A stretch of DNA of 64,000 nt from Octopus sinensis (taxonomy: Eukaryota), in the NCBI RefSeq assembly GCF_006345805.1, contig NC_043003.1:25606001-25670000 (forward strand), in the 5' to 3' direction. The position numbers and the translations under genes were made by a program. This document shows, piece after piece, positions 24,700-38,214 of the stretch. The stretch's first letter is position 1. Each line of letters opens with the position of its first letter. A model generated the notes under the pieces. That model was not told the origin of the DNA. It made no database searches and saw only the letters and a program-made list of their open reading frames with translations.

Positions 24700-25330
24700 A
24701 TGTATTAGTGAGGAATGACAATATGAGAGAGTAGGAGGGAAAAGGAGAGTAAGAAGTGGAGGTGGACAGAGTGAGGGATAGAAAGCGGAATGATGAGAGA
24801 AAGAGAGAGTGATAAAGAATGACCTAGACTGTGCCAAAGAGAATGACTGAGTGAGACAGAGAGAGGGGGAGAGGGGAGAGAGAGAGAGTATGGCAGAAAG
24901 AAATTAGTGTTAAAGAGGAAAAGTGAAGGAATAGGGAAAAAGTGGAAAGAAGAAAAAAAATCATGAAAGGGGAATAAAAATGGAGTAATTTAAAGTTAGA
25001 ATGGAATGTCATGAAATAAAGAGAGAGCGGGAGAGAGAAAGGAAGAGAGAAAAAGAGAGATGGGAAGAGAAGGAGAAGGGAGAGCGGGAGAATGGAGAGA
25101 GAGGAAGAGGGGCAAAAGAGGGAGAGAGGAAAGAGGGGAGGGAGAGGGGAGAGAGAGAGGGAGAGAGGGAGAGAGAGAGGGAGAGGGGAGAAAGAGGGAG
25201 AGGGGAGAGAGATGGAAGAGAGAGGGAGAGGGGAGAGAGAGAGGAAGAGAGAAGTAAAGAAAGTATGGCTGTGTTTGAGAAAGAAAGTTAGAGAGGGAAA
25301 GGGTTTGGGGGAGAAGAAACACTTTTGAGG
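24700..25330. repeat. GA-rich polypurine tract
   Basis: Direct reading. Confidence 0.9.
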
Positions 25331-25472
25331 TGGCCAGAAAAATTCTTGGAAAAGAGTGAAAGATTTTTAGAGAATCATAGAGTGAGTGGTAGAGTAGGAA
25401 GAGATATGGTTAAAGAAGGAAGAGGATGAAATAATGCAGAGCTAGACAGATGCATACACATGCATGCATGCA

Positions 25473-25504
<32 letters not shown>

Positions 25505-26856
25505 CACAAATATACATCCATACATACATATACACATGTGTTTGTATGTATGTGTGGTGTGGTATGGAAGCTGTCTGATGACCTCACTAGTGTTACTACC
25601 ACAGAAAAAAAAACATTCAGTACACTCTATAAAGAGGTTGGTGTGAGGAAGGGCATCCATCTATAGAAAGCATGCCAAATCAATCCTCAAACCTGTTAGC
25701 GCTTTCAAACTATTCAACCCATACCAATATGGAAGAAGAAGAAGGAGGAGGAGGAGGAGGAGGAAGAGAAGAAGAAGGAAGAGGAAAAGAAGGAGGACGA
25801 GGAGGAGCTGATGATGATTCCATAAATTCTGTTCTGGATAGATACCAGATCAATGATTCTCTTTCAATCCTTTACAAAACACAGCATACTGAATGTATAG
25901 CGAGGCATCAGTTTTTAAAAAAAAAGTTTTATATTTTAAAACAAAGTAAGCATCTAAAAGTGTTGTAAAACAGAGAGGTGCAATGTATTGCACTCTGCTG
26001 CTGCAAAAAAAAATCACATGCACTGGTGCATATCATTAAAATCACTCACATTTCCTCAACACCCTGGTATTTTTTTGACCCTCCTAAAAGACAACTTGCA
26101 GACCATTTATGGTACTTAAGTGTACTGTAGCAAAGGATTTACAAACGTCTTGACTATACAATTAGATAATTACAACTTTTGAAACATCACATTGTGAGAC
26201 AACCTGAAGACGTTGACACAGTGCTTGTAACTGACCTCTTTAGATATCAACTTAAAAGACAGAAATTGTGATTAGGTGTTCATAAAGAAGATACATACTG
26301 CAGTTATAGTTTAAATAAGAGTAGACTTTAGACATTGACTACATAAATACAGCTTATACATACACACACACACAGACATGTGTGTGTGTGTGTATATACA
26401 TATATATATATATATAGATTGATAGATAGATAGATAGGTATATATACACACATATAGATATATATACATACATATATATGTGTATATAAACATACGTATA
26501 TAGATAGATCTGTACGTATATATATACTATATGAAATTAACTTGTTTGATTAAAATAATCAGCAGTTGACATGACGCGTAGAGTATTTGTAAAATGCTAT
26601 TTGGTGATAGGAGATCTTGAGCTATAATGTGGAGAGAACCAGGGCTATAGATTGACAGAATTGGCAGAACATTAGACAAAAATTGGATTTATGGTAATTT
26701 ATTGCATCTCTTGGCAATCTGATTTCGGTATCTGCCAAGGTTCTCTTCGCCTTTCTTCTTTCTAGAGCCAGTAAATTATGGAGCAATCTAGTACTGTTTT
26801 TGCCTTATAAACGTGTAGCCTTGTATCTAAGTTTCAAATCATTATTTTTACAATTA

Positions 26857-28226
26857 AGGCGGTGAGAATGGCAGAATTGTTAGCATGCTGGACAAAATGT
26901 TTAGTGGCATTTTGTCTGTCTTTACATTCTGAGTTCAAATTTTGCCAAGGTTGACTTTGCCTTTCATCCTTTTGGAGTTGATAAATTAAGTACCAGTGAA
27001 ACACTGGGGTCGATGTAATTGACCAGCCCCCTTCCCACCAAATTTCAGGTCTTGTGCCTATAGTAGAAAGGATTATTGTTATCATCATCATCATCATAAT
27101 TATTATTATTATTATTATTATCATTATTATTATTATTATTATTATCATTATTATTATTATTATTATCATTAAGGTGGTGAGCTGGCAGAATCATTAGCAT
27201 GCTGGGTGAAATGCTTTGTGGCACTTCGCCTGTCTGCAAGTTCTGAGTTCAAATTCTGCCGAGGTAACATTCTTAACATTCTTAATTAAAATTTCACCAA
27301 GATTGACTTTGCCTTTCATCCTTTTGGGGTCAATAAAATAAATGTCAGTTGAACACAGGGAGTGATGTAATTGACTCAGCCCCTCCCCCAAAATTGCTAC
27401 CCTAGTTTTCCACCACATTTCTTAAAAATTGTGGTAGAGGCCTTGATCTTGGGACCACTCATGTCTAGAAACTGAGGTTGGGGATAAGAAAGGGTATGCT
27501 CTCCTTAGAAAATCTAGCTCCAAAAAAACTTCATGATAGCAAAGGAGAATGGGCATCAGCCAGCCCAAAGGTGGAGGTGGGCTGCACCTGCCTACCTCGG
27601 TTGTAATGGCATTGGGGTAGATCCAGCCAACCCTGTTAAAGGGGACAAAAGCCAGATTTAAAACACTGGATGATGATCATGATATAATTATTGTTGTTGT
27701 TAAGGTGGCAAGCTAGCAGAATGGTTAGCATATTGGGCAAAATGTTTAGCAGCAATTTATCTCTCTTGACATTCTTAGTTCAAATTCCACTGAGGTTAAC
27801 CTTGTCTTTTATCCTTTTGGGGTCGATAAAATAAGTACCATTTGTGTACTGGAGTTGATCTAATCGACTGGCCCCCTCCCCACAAAATTTCGGGCCTTGT
27901 GCCTAGAGTAGAAAAGAACGTTCTTAGTTCAAATTCCACCAAGGTTGACTTTGCCCTCCTCCGTTCGAGTCAATAAAATAAATACCTAAAATTGCTGGCC
28001 ATGTGCCAAAATTTGAAATCATCATCATCATCATCATAAAGGCAGACAAACTGCTTAATGGATTTTTTTTTTAGCACTTTACATTCTGAGTTTAAATATT
28101 GCATAAGTCAACATTGCGTTTCATCATTTTGTGGGGGGCTCGATAAAATAAGGGTTAAAGTAATCAACTAACCCCACACCTCACTTACTCAAAATTTCAG
28201 GTCTTGTGCCTATATAAGAAAGAATT
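26857..28226 (+). mobile_element. Head-to-tail cluster of five family D SINE copies
   Basis: Copies at ~26857-27072, 27171-27400, 27701-27917, 27920-28020 and 28038-28226, mostly separated by (ATT/ATC)n; a (GAT)-tailed repeat sits at ~27420-27670. Confidence 0.8.
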
Positions 28227-29742
28227 ATCCTCCTCCTCCTCCTCCTCCTCCCCCTCATCATCATCATCATCATTCATTATTATTATCATTATCATCCAAA
28301 GTACACCAAAAGTTGTAGTACCCTGCTGATTCTTCTCACGGTTATCAATTTTTCATTGACACAAATACATAACCACGCAACAACACACTACCAAGACAGC
28401 CACATGTTCTCAGACACAGAAAGAAGAAAAAAAAAGCAGCCTGCAGATAACAATTAGTTAAAGACAGTTACAGTTTAGAAATGTTCAGAAGGTAGACAAG
28501 ACACAACCTGTAAATATAAATAAATGTCATTTAGAGATAGGATATAACCTGTAATTCACTGACTAACAACAGACAACAAGCTATACTTATCACCGGGAAA
28601 TATTGATGCATTGGAGAAAAATGAGTTAGGGGCTTTTATGCAAACATGGACTTAGCCATCCAATGAATAGAGTTTGATAAAAATAAGAACCTAATTGACT
28701 AAAAGCCTCCAAAGGTGGCACTCCATTTCAGAACAGGCGATGTGTGTGTTTATGAGTGAAACACCTAAGCTCCATGCGGCTCTGGCAGAGGGTAATGGCG
28801 AACTTCTGCTGACTCTTTCGCCCCAACTTTCTCTCACTCTTTCCTCCTACATCTTGCAGCTCACCTGCGATGAACTGGTGTCCCATACAGGTGGGGAACC
28901 TATACACCAAGGAAACCGAGAAACCATCCCTATGAGCCAGGCATAGTTCGAGAAGGAAAAAGAAACTCGATCATGACAAGGTACAAAGACTGAGGTGCAG
29001 GCATGCCTGTGTGGCCAACAGGTTTGTTTCCCAATCATATGGCTGCAAGTTCATTCCCACTTTATGGTACCTTAAGCAAATGTCTTCTAATACATTGTCC
29101 CAGGCTGACCAAAGCCGTGTGAGTGATAGATGGACATTGTAAAACAAACCAGTCTTTGGGATGCAGTCTTTCCTGTTTGTGAACAGGTGGGTTATTTTAA
29201 TCAAGGGAATGTCTTAATGGGTCATACTTCATTCTTTTTTCAGGTATTAAATATGATCCATGACCTATCATTAGTTGTTACTACTTAGCCCAAATCATCT
29301 CTGATTTAGCAGGTCCATTATCCAAAACATTCCAACAGGCCTATAATCAAAGGCATTCCAGCTGTGACCATCCAGTGCAGTTTTTTATTCAGACTGCATA
29401 TTCACAAATGTCTTGTCTAATGTGTCATTCTCTTTTTAAAAGATGCTAGGGTGTGATGTGATTTTAAGGGTCTTTTGGCTATTGTTTCAGAAGATCAAGC
29501 AAGTACATAGAGGCTCCCATAATATTATTGGCATTTAGGCCTGAGTCTTCTGATTTAAGAGATCTATGATGGAAGGCATTCCAGCTATGAGCCTCCTGTC
29601 TTTTTCAACATCAAAATCTACAAGGTCTAATGTAACTTCCCATTTTAAAATTTCATAACAGCAGCCAAACATCCCTTAAATAATAATATTATTTAAGGGC
29701 TATTTGGTTGCTATTTTTAGCAGATTCAGGTACTGTATAGAG

Positions 29743-30270
29743 CAGGGGTGTCAAACTTATTTTAGTTCACAGGCCACATATCAGCCCAATTTGATCTCAA
29801 GTGGACCAAGCCAGTAAAATCATGACATAAGAACCTATAAATAGAAATTTCAAAAATTTCCCTTTGTTTTAGTGTTAAAAAGTACATTCTGAAAATGTTC
29901 ATGTTTAAAGAACATCTTTTTTTTTTTGCAAAACATTGAACAAGTGAAAGTGGGAACTGTTAAAGAAGACTAAGTTACCATACTACCTTGTAAATGTATA
30001 CAATTTATAAATTTTATTAAAAAAAAAACTACTTTGAAAAACATTTAAAAACACTTCTATTATTTTTTATCATTTATTTTCAGTATGTTACCGAAACTTG
30101 GCATCTTTTCTCCTTCAGAAGTGTATCAATATCAGGCATCAAATTCTGAGTAGCAGCCAATTTCAGGATGTTATTTAGGTGCTTATGTGTGAGCCTTGTG
30201 TGCAGCTTTGTTTTATTGTTACAGAGGAACTTGTTCACAAATGTAGGTAGTCCTGAACACACATAAAACT
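29743..30270 (-). mobile_element. hAT (Charlie/SPIN-like) 3' end fragment
   Basis: Terminal CAGGGGTGTCAAAC; C-terminal NKTKLHTRLTHKHLNNILKLAATQNLMPDIDTLLKEKRCQVS resembles a hATC dimerisation tail. Confidence 0.75.
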
Positions 30271-30403
30271 TTCACAGCAAGGGCTATCAATTTGGGGTGC
30301 TGGCATGGCTATGTGGCTAAGTTTGCTTTGCAACAATGTGGTTTCAGACCCAGCCTCACTTCACAGAACCTCAAGCAAGTGTTGTCTACTATAGCTCTAG
30401 ACC

Positions 30404-30582
30404 CAGGGCCCCCCAAACTTTTAGACCATCAACTCCTTCATGGAATCCTTGATCCCTCATTGAGCCCCAGGCATGTACAAGAAAGAAAATAAATAATAAT
30501 AATAAGTAGATGTGCATTTATTGAGCCCCTCGAATAGTCCCATCGACCCCATGGGTTGATATTGACTGCTTTTGAGACCCCT
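30404..30582. mobile_element. Degenerate hAT-type MITE inserted in a family E SINE
   Basis: cagggcccccaaactttt ... tttgagacccct ends interrupt SINE sequence (actatagc | accaatgctttgtgaatg). Confidence 0.4.
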
Positions 30583-30684
30583 ACCAATGCTTTGTGAATG
30601 AATTTGGTTGTCAAAAATTGTAGGAAGCCTGTTGTGTATGTGCATGTGTGTGTATACAGACACACACACACACATACACATATA

Positions 30685-31603
30685 TTAGGCCATCCCATAA
30701 ATAATGCGGTTTTTTATACTTCTTTTATTTTTCAAAATTAAGATAAACAAGGTTTTTTTTAATCTAAAATATACTCTCCTTCATTTCCTACAATGCTCTT
30801 CCATCTATCTGGTAGACTTGCATGGCCCCTCTTCCAAAATTTACTTGTCCGTGACAAAAAATACTCCTCCAGAACTGTTCTGACCTCGTCTGCAGAATTC
30901 ATATTTTTTACATCCAAATGATTTTGAAGACTGCGGAATAAATGATAATGAGAAGGGGGTAATATCCAGCGAATATGGAGGATGGGGCATCATTTCCCAT
31001 TCCAACTGCTCCAGCCTTTGGAATGTCATCCTTGCTGTATGTGGCTGAGCATTATCCTGATGGAAGAACACCTTTTGTCTTGAAACAAAAGATGGTCATT
31101 TTTCTTCTAGTGCAGGTGTCAATGAATGGTTGAATGACCAAATACAAGCTTCTCTGCTAGTTCCTCAACAGTTATGATGGGATTTTGTTCCACTAGGGTT
31201 TGCAGGATTTCCTTGTCGAACTGTACAGATCTTCCAGGATGAGGCTCGTTTTCTAGGCTGTAGTTTCTAGCTCAGAATTTCTGGAACCACCATTGACACT
31301 GGCTTACGCTTATTGTCCAATCATCATATACTGCATTAATATTCCCTGCACTTTCTGTTGCATTGTTACCTTTATTGAACTCACAAAGCAAAATATGCCA
31401 AATATGCTCCTTTGTGACTTCCATTATAGCTCAGAAAAAATAACTAAATATTGAACTGCACTCTTCAAAACTTGCACTAAGAGTAAGGACATGGTAGAAT
31501 TACTACCTGCTTTTATAGCAAATTGATGCAGGTAGTTTATCCCATCTCACTCCAACTTTTAGTCATGCAATTGAAAAAACCACATTATTTATGGGATGAC
31601 CCA

Positions 31604-31604
<1 letters not shown>
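30685..31604 (-). mobile_element. mariner (DD34D) element with internal deletion
   Basis: TA-flanked ~28-bp TIRs ttaggccatcccataaataatgcggtttt / aaaaccacattatttatgggatgacccaa. Transposase pieces MEVTKEHIWHILL..NEPHPGR and HQDNAQPH..HPPYSLDI..DYHLFRSLQNHL; the middle is deleted. Confidence 0.92.
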
Positions 31605-31652
<48 letters not shown>

Positions 31653-31715
31653 ACACACACACACACACCACACACACAACACACACACACACACACACAC
31701 ATACATACGTACATA

Positions 31716-32100
31716 CAGGGTGCGATGGGTAAATTTTCGCTATTTTATATCTTTAATTTCACGATTTCATGCATGCACATTGTTTGCTTTTGATTTTGTT
31801 GACTACACAGTACAGTAGGGACAGTTGGGCACCATCTGTGAGAAAAACAGCACCATGATACAATTCACTCTGCCGGAAATTTGGAAATGACATGCTCTGC
31901 TGCTTGACATTTGCACCAGAGGCTCTAATACGAACATTTCAGAATGTTTGGGTATCAATCTGAGGACAGTGTAGCGGATTCACAAAAAGTTGGATGAATC
32001 TAATGGTGATTATGAAGGTACAGCGGCTCTGAAAACTCACTCTGATCGTTCTGATAAGAAAAGAACTGAATTTGTTGGTGAGATCCAGGCCATGATTGAC
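31716..32100 (+). mobile_element. 5' end of a Tc1/mariner-superfamily element, DD37D (maT)-like
   Basis: TA|CAGGGTG start; MIQFTLPEIWK*HALLL..ISECLGINLRTV*RIHKKLDESNGDYEG..EFVGEIQAMID. Subgroup assignment is inference. Confidence 0.55.
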
Positions 32101-32118
32101 ACATATATATATCTATAA

Positions 32119-32162
<44 letters not shown>

Positions 32163-32616
32163 GTGTAGGTGCAGGTGTGGTTGTGTGATAAGAAGTCTGC
32201 TTCCCAACCACATGGTTCTGGGGTCAGTCCCACTATGTGCTACTTTGGGCAAGTGCCTTCTATTATAGCTATGAGCCAACCAAGGTTTTGTGAGTGGATT
32301 TGGTTGATTGAAACTGAAGGAAAACCATTGCGTGTGTATGTGTGTGCGTGTGTGTGTGTGTGGCTTTGTTTGTCCCCCACCTCTGTTTGACAACTAGTGT
32401 TTGTGTATGTCCCCATAGCTTAATAGTTCAGCAAAAGTGAGTAATTAGAATAAATACTAAGCTTAAAAAATAATAAGTACTAGGGTCAATTTGTTTGACT
32501 AAAAAATTCTTTCAAGATGGTGCCCCAGCATGGTCGCAGTGAAAATGACTGAAACAAGTAAAAGATGGAAGATATATGAATATATATATATATAATATAT
32601 GTGTGTGTGTATATAG

Positions 32617-32738
<122 letters not shown>

Positions 32739-32740
32739 AT

Positions 32741-32792
<52 letters not shown>

Positions 32793-33736
32793 TACATACA
32801 TACATATATATTATTTGTGTGTGTGTTGTGTGTGTGTATGCGTGCATGCATGAATATATGTCTATTCCAAGTTTGTCACTGCCTCTGCAAAATAGTGACC
32901 ATGCTGACATTTCTTCTCAATGTTATAACTAGTTGTTCTGCTCTTCTGAACATCTGGAATAAAAAGAAAAAAGAAATACCTTTACTGGAAACCAAACAAG
33001 GCTTGACTACAAGAAAAACAAACTAGCTGTAAAATCCTGTCTTCAATACCTTCCAGAAGAAAAAAAATGCTAGCATGGAAAACAAATGGACATTTAAGCA
33101 AACAAACAATCAATTGAAGTCTATCATAAAAAATGCAAAAGGAACAGAACCAGTGTAGAGGTTTTATGGGTCCTCTCTGAATACGTCCTGCTCTACTTGT
33201 ATGCTATGTATGAGTTTTGTACAAGCGAATCACTCTTTTATCTCATATCCTATATAGTCCGTAAAAGACATGAAAATTTTCAGATAAAAAGATAATTCAC
33301 CAATTATGACCTCTGTCGTAATTCTGAAAGGTCAACTTTTCAAAGGATAAATGACTCAGCAATTTCTCCAAATAATTTATGATAAGTTTTTGTGAGTTTT
33401 ATAATTTGTTTGAAACATTTTAATGAATATCTACATGCACCATTTGTGCACATGCATGCATACACACATGTGTGTGTGTGTGTGTGTGTGTATGTGTGTG
33501 TGTGTGTGTATGTGTGTTTGTATTTATATAAATAAATCGCTCTCTATTTATATGTATATATATGTATAGGCGTGGCTGAGTGATAAGAAGCTTGCTTCCC
33601 AATCACATGATTCTGGGATTCTTCTACTGGGGTGGCACCCTGGGTAAGTGTCATCTACTATAGCCTTCAGCCGAACAAACTTTCTGAGTGGATTTGGTAG
33701 ACAGAAACTGAAAGAAGCCCATCGTATAACATCGTG

Positions 33737-33767
<31 letters not shown>

Positions 33768-34027
33768 ATTTATGTATGTATGTATTTATGTGCATGTGTC
33801 TTTGTGTTTGTGTTTGTCCCCCATCACTACTTGACAATCAGTGTTGGTGTGTTTACGTCCTTGTAACTTAGTGGTCTTGCAAAAGAGGGTGATAGAATAA
33901 GTACTACGCTTTAAGAATAAAAAAAAGTCCTGGGGTCTAGCACTGCTCCAGCATGGCTGCAGTCAAATGGCTGAAAAAGAGTAAAAGAATAAAAGAATAA
34001 AAGAATACATCTACATATAGACATGCA

Positions 34028-34063
<36 letters not shown>

Positions 34064-34068
<5 letters not shown>

Positions 34069-35154
34069 ACAATCAAGGAACGGCCATAATAGGCCATTCA
34101 CCCACTAGAAATAACAGCCAAAGCTTCAACCGCAAATAAAGATTAATTCCGTAAACAGGAGAAAATTTAAAAAACATTTACCCTGTAATTTCTTGTACGA
34201 TGCACCGTTTCATCTGCTGTTTAATGGTAAACTAACCTGATTAAATTAAATCAAGCCAATCTTCCATAGGCCCTCAGATTCTTCAGCAAGAAATAGCCAA
34301 GTCGGAACAGATATTTTCACGAGGCATTTCCGACCCTGCCAAGGTGATATCTGACCTAAAATTTTCAAATCGTCGCACTCACGCCAAATTTATCGGCAGC
34401 AAATAAATATAAGCCGTCGATTCCATTACGGAATTAACCAGAAAATTCATAATTAATCAATATAGGGTGGTAAAAAAATTTTGTAGAATTCTTTTTGCCA
34501 CCAGCGGCCTAGTGGGAAAAAATTAAATAGTCATAGACCATTTTTAAGTTCAACATCAACAATCAAGAACGGCCATAATAGGCCATTCACCACTAGAAAT
34601 AACAGCCAAGCTTCAACCGCAAATAAAGATTAATTCCGTAAACAGGAGAAAATTTAAAAAACATTTACCCTGTAATTTCTTGTACGATGCACCGTTTCAT
34701 CTGCTGTTTAATGGTAAACTAACCTGATTAAATTAAATCAAGCCAATCTTCCATAGGCCCTCAGATTCTTCAGCAAGAAATAGCCAAGTCGGAACAGATA
34801 TTTTCACGAGGCATTTCCGACCCTGCCAAGGTGATATCTGACCTAAAATTTTCAAATCGTCGCACTCACGCCAAATTTATCGGCAGCAAATAAATATAAG
34901 CCGTCGATTCCATTACGGAATTAACCAGAAAATTCATAATTAATCAATATAGGGTGGTAAAAAAATTTTGTAGAATTCTTTTTGCCACCAGCGGCCTAGT
35001 GGGAAAAAATTAAATAGTCATAGACCATTTTTAAGTTCAACATCAACAATCAAGGAACGGCCATAATAGGCCATTCACCCACTAGAAATAACAGCCAAAG
35101 CTTCAACCGCAAATAAAGATTAATTCCGTAAACAGGAGAAAATTTAAAAAACAT
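34064..35154. repeat. Tandem array of a ~490-bp unit (2 full + 114-bp partial) inside (TA)n
   Basis: Units start at 34064, 34554 and 35041; near-identical. Confidence 0.95.
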
Positions 35155-35362
35155 AAATATATATATATATATATATATACATACACACACACGTATACAT
35201 ATTGTTGAGCATATATAACTGCTAATGGTTATAGCATATACCCATTACATACCATAACAAGTAGTATACTGCTCAACAATATACAAATATAACTGTTCTA
35301 TTTGTCATATTGATTGTACTTTCTTTTGACTTATGGACAACTAACTGTTAGTTTATATACAT

Positions 35363-35560
35363 GTGTGCAGGTGGCACGTAAAAAGCACCCACTACACTCA
35401 CGGAGTGGTTGGCGTTAGGAAGGGCATCCAGCTGTAGAAACATTGCCAAATTAGACTGGAGCCTGGTGCAACCTTCTGGCTTCCCAGAACCCCGGTCGAA
35501 CCGTCCAACCCATGCTAGCATGGAGAACGGACGTTAAACGACGATGATGATGATGATGAT
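35363..35560 (+). mobile_element. RTE 3' tail (family A), CpG-retaining copy
   Basis: Aligns with 672-866; (GAT)n end. Confidence 0.8.
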
Positions 35561-35589
35561 GTGTATATCTATCTACCTATGTATCTATG

Positions 35590-35627
<38 letters not shown>

Positions 35628-35654
35628 CTATCTATCTATCTATCTATCTATCTA

Positions 35655-35686
<32 letters not shown>

Positions 35687-35718
35687 TCTACATATATGCC
35701 TGTCTGTCTATCTGTCTG

Positions 35719-35782
<64 letters not shown>

Positions 35783-35886
35783 CCTACTTACCCACCTATC
35801 TATCTACCTACCTACCTACCTACCTACCTACTTACCTATTTACCTATCTTTCTATCTAACTATCTATCTTTCTTAGTATATCTCTC

Positions 35887-35917
<31 letters not shown>

Positions 35918-36890
35918 TGTACACACACATACACACATATATATTTATGCACATACCTACACATGCAAATATACACTCACACAAACATCTACATAAATAT
36001 GCACACACATATACTTACAAAAATACACACACACACACACACACACACACAAGCACAGACATTGCATCACTCACTACCAGCACAACCACTACCAGCATCA
36101 TCAGCAACTTCATCTCCAACCACCTCACACTTGCATCAATACAGTCTATCACCACAACCAACCAATCCCCCACCCCACCAGAACAACAAATCAACAATAC
36201 CCACCACCCAGTTATAAACCCACCTTTATCATTGTCTACTGCCATCCCCTCCCCACTCACCACAAATAGCAACAACAATCACCACCATCACCAACACATT
36301 CACCACCACTACTACTACCATCATTACCACCACCACCATTCTCATCATCACAACTACCAATACCACCACCACTCTCATCACTACCACCGCCACCACCACC
36401 ACCACCACCACACCACCACCACCACCACCACCACCACCATTCTCATCACCACAACTAACAATACCACCACCACCACCACCACCACTACTCTTCGCTACCA
36501 CAATAACCACTACCACAATCACTACCACTTCAATCCCCCACCACCATTATCATCATCACCTCCAAAATTACCACCACCATTGCCACCACCACTCTCTAAG
36601 CTACCACCACAATAACCACTACCACAATCACCACCACTTCAATCCCCCACCACCATTATCATCATCACCTCCAAAATTACCACCACCACCACCACTCTCT
36701 TCGCTACCACCACCACTCTCTTCGCTACCACCACCACTGCAATACCCCACCACCATCACCATCACGATAACCACTACCATCACCATCAACACTATCACTC
36801 TCACAATCACAGCCACCACAACCACCACTAACACCACCACTACCACCACCACAATCACCTCCACATGAACTACTGCAGCCATCACTGTTT
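35560..36890. repeat. (TCTA)n, (CA)n and CAC/CAT low-complexity block with a ~108-bp local duplication
   Basis: aataaccactaccacaatca..tccaaaattaccaccacc occurs at ~36503 and ~36611. Confidence 0.9.
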
Positions 36891-37096
36891 TTTTATATTG
36901 TATTTGTTAACAAAGGCCTCAGAACAGAAAGCAGTGTAAAGTGCTAATCACACGACCTGATCTAGCCATATGTTAAGGAAGGCAAATATCTCATATACAA
37001 GACATTCAACTGATACTTTTGTTGGACAAACTGATAAGATAGAGCTGATAGGGGTAAGCTTACATCCCATAATATGGAGTGAAAATGAGAGAGAGG

Positions 37097-37128
<32 letters not shown>

Positions 37129-37259
37129 AGGGGAGGAAGGGAGAAAGAGAGGGGGAGGGAGAGAGAGAGAGAGGGAGCAACAGAGAAGGAGGGTGAAACA
37201 GAGGGAGTGAAAGTGTTGAAGAAGATGGTGTTGGTGGGAGAGATTGTATATGGGTATTT

Positions 37260-37295
<36 letters not shown>

Positions 37296-37689
37296 ATGTT
37301 TTTTTCTTATATAGCTCTATACAAAAATAATTTAACATGAAATTGAAGTATTGCTCAATGCTTTTACAGTAAAGTGTATATTCATTTGTTGTCACGAGGA
37401 AAAAGTTGACAGTAACTTCAAAGTTTCAGTTTATCAGCCATCATCAGACTGGTGGCAGCTGCTAGCTGAAGCTTCAAAGTTACTCTCAACTCCTTCCTTG
37501 TAAAAGGCGTGGTTGTGTGGTAAGAAGCTTGCTTCCCAACCACATGGTTATGCATTCAGTCCCACTGCATGGCGCCCTGGGAAAGCGATTTCTACCATAG
37601 CTTTGGGCCGACCAATGTCTTGTGAGTGGATTTGGTAAACGGAGACTGAAAGAAGCACGTTGTATACAAACACACACACACACATATAT

Positions 37690-37968
37690 ATCATCGTTTA
37701 ACGTCCGCTTTCCATGCTAGCATGGGTTGGACGATTTGACTGAGGTCTGGTGAACCAGATGGCTGCACTACACTCCAATCTGATCTGGCAGAGTTTCTAC
37801 AGCTGGATGCCCTTCCTAATGCCAACCATTCCAAGAGTGTAGTGGGTGCTTTCATGTGCCACCGGCATGAGGGCCAGTCAGGCGGCACTGGCAATGGCCA
37901 CGCTCAAATGGTGCTTTTTATGTGCCACCTGCACAGGAGCCAGTCCAGCGGGACTGGCAACGACCTCG
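37690..37968 (-). mobile_element. RTE 3' tail inserted into the internal microsatellite of a family E SINE
   Basis: SINE 5' half at 37503-37680 and 3' half at 37975-38200 flank the family A fragment. Confidence 0.75.
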
Positions 37969-38214
37969 TGTATATATTTGTGTGTGTGTCTGTGTCTGCC
38001 CCCCCCCCTTGTTGCCTGACAACTGATGCTGGTGTGTTTGTGTCCCCGTAACTTTGCGGTTCGGCAAAAGACACTGATAGAGTAAGTACTAGGCTTACAG
38101 AGAATAAGTCCTGGGGATGATTTTTTCAACTAAAAACCCCTAAGGTGGTGCTCCAGCATGGCTGCATTCAAATGACTGAAACAAGTAAAAGAATAAAAGA
38201 GTAAATATATATAT

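Noticed and set aside
26740-26830. Strong plus-strand acceptor followed by RASKLWSNL
   Set aside because: Better explained as an old LINE C-terminus (FF.R..KLWN.LP-like).
34170-34230. Hammerhead-like CAGATGA...GAAATTAC-AGG-GTAA on the minus strand of the 490-bp unit
   Set aside because: Core mismatch, no stem II, and no U at the cleavage triplet.
36015-36885. His/Thr/Pro-rich and Val/Gly-rich ORFs (also 15274-15869)
   Set aside because: Trinucleotide low-complexity DNA that is open in several frames on both strands.
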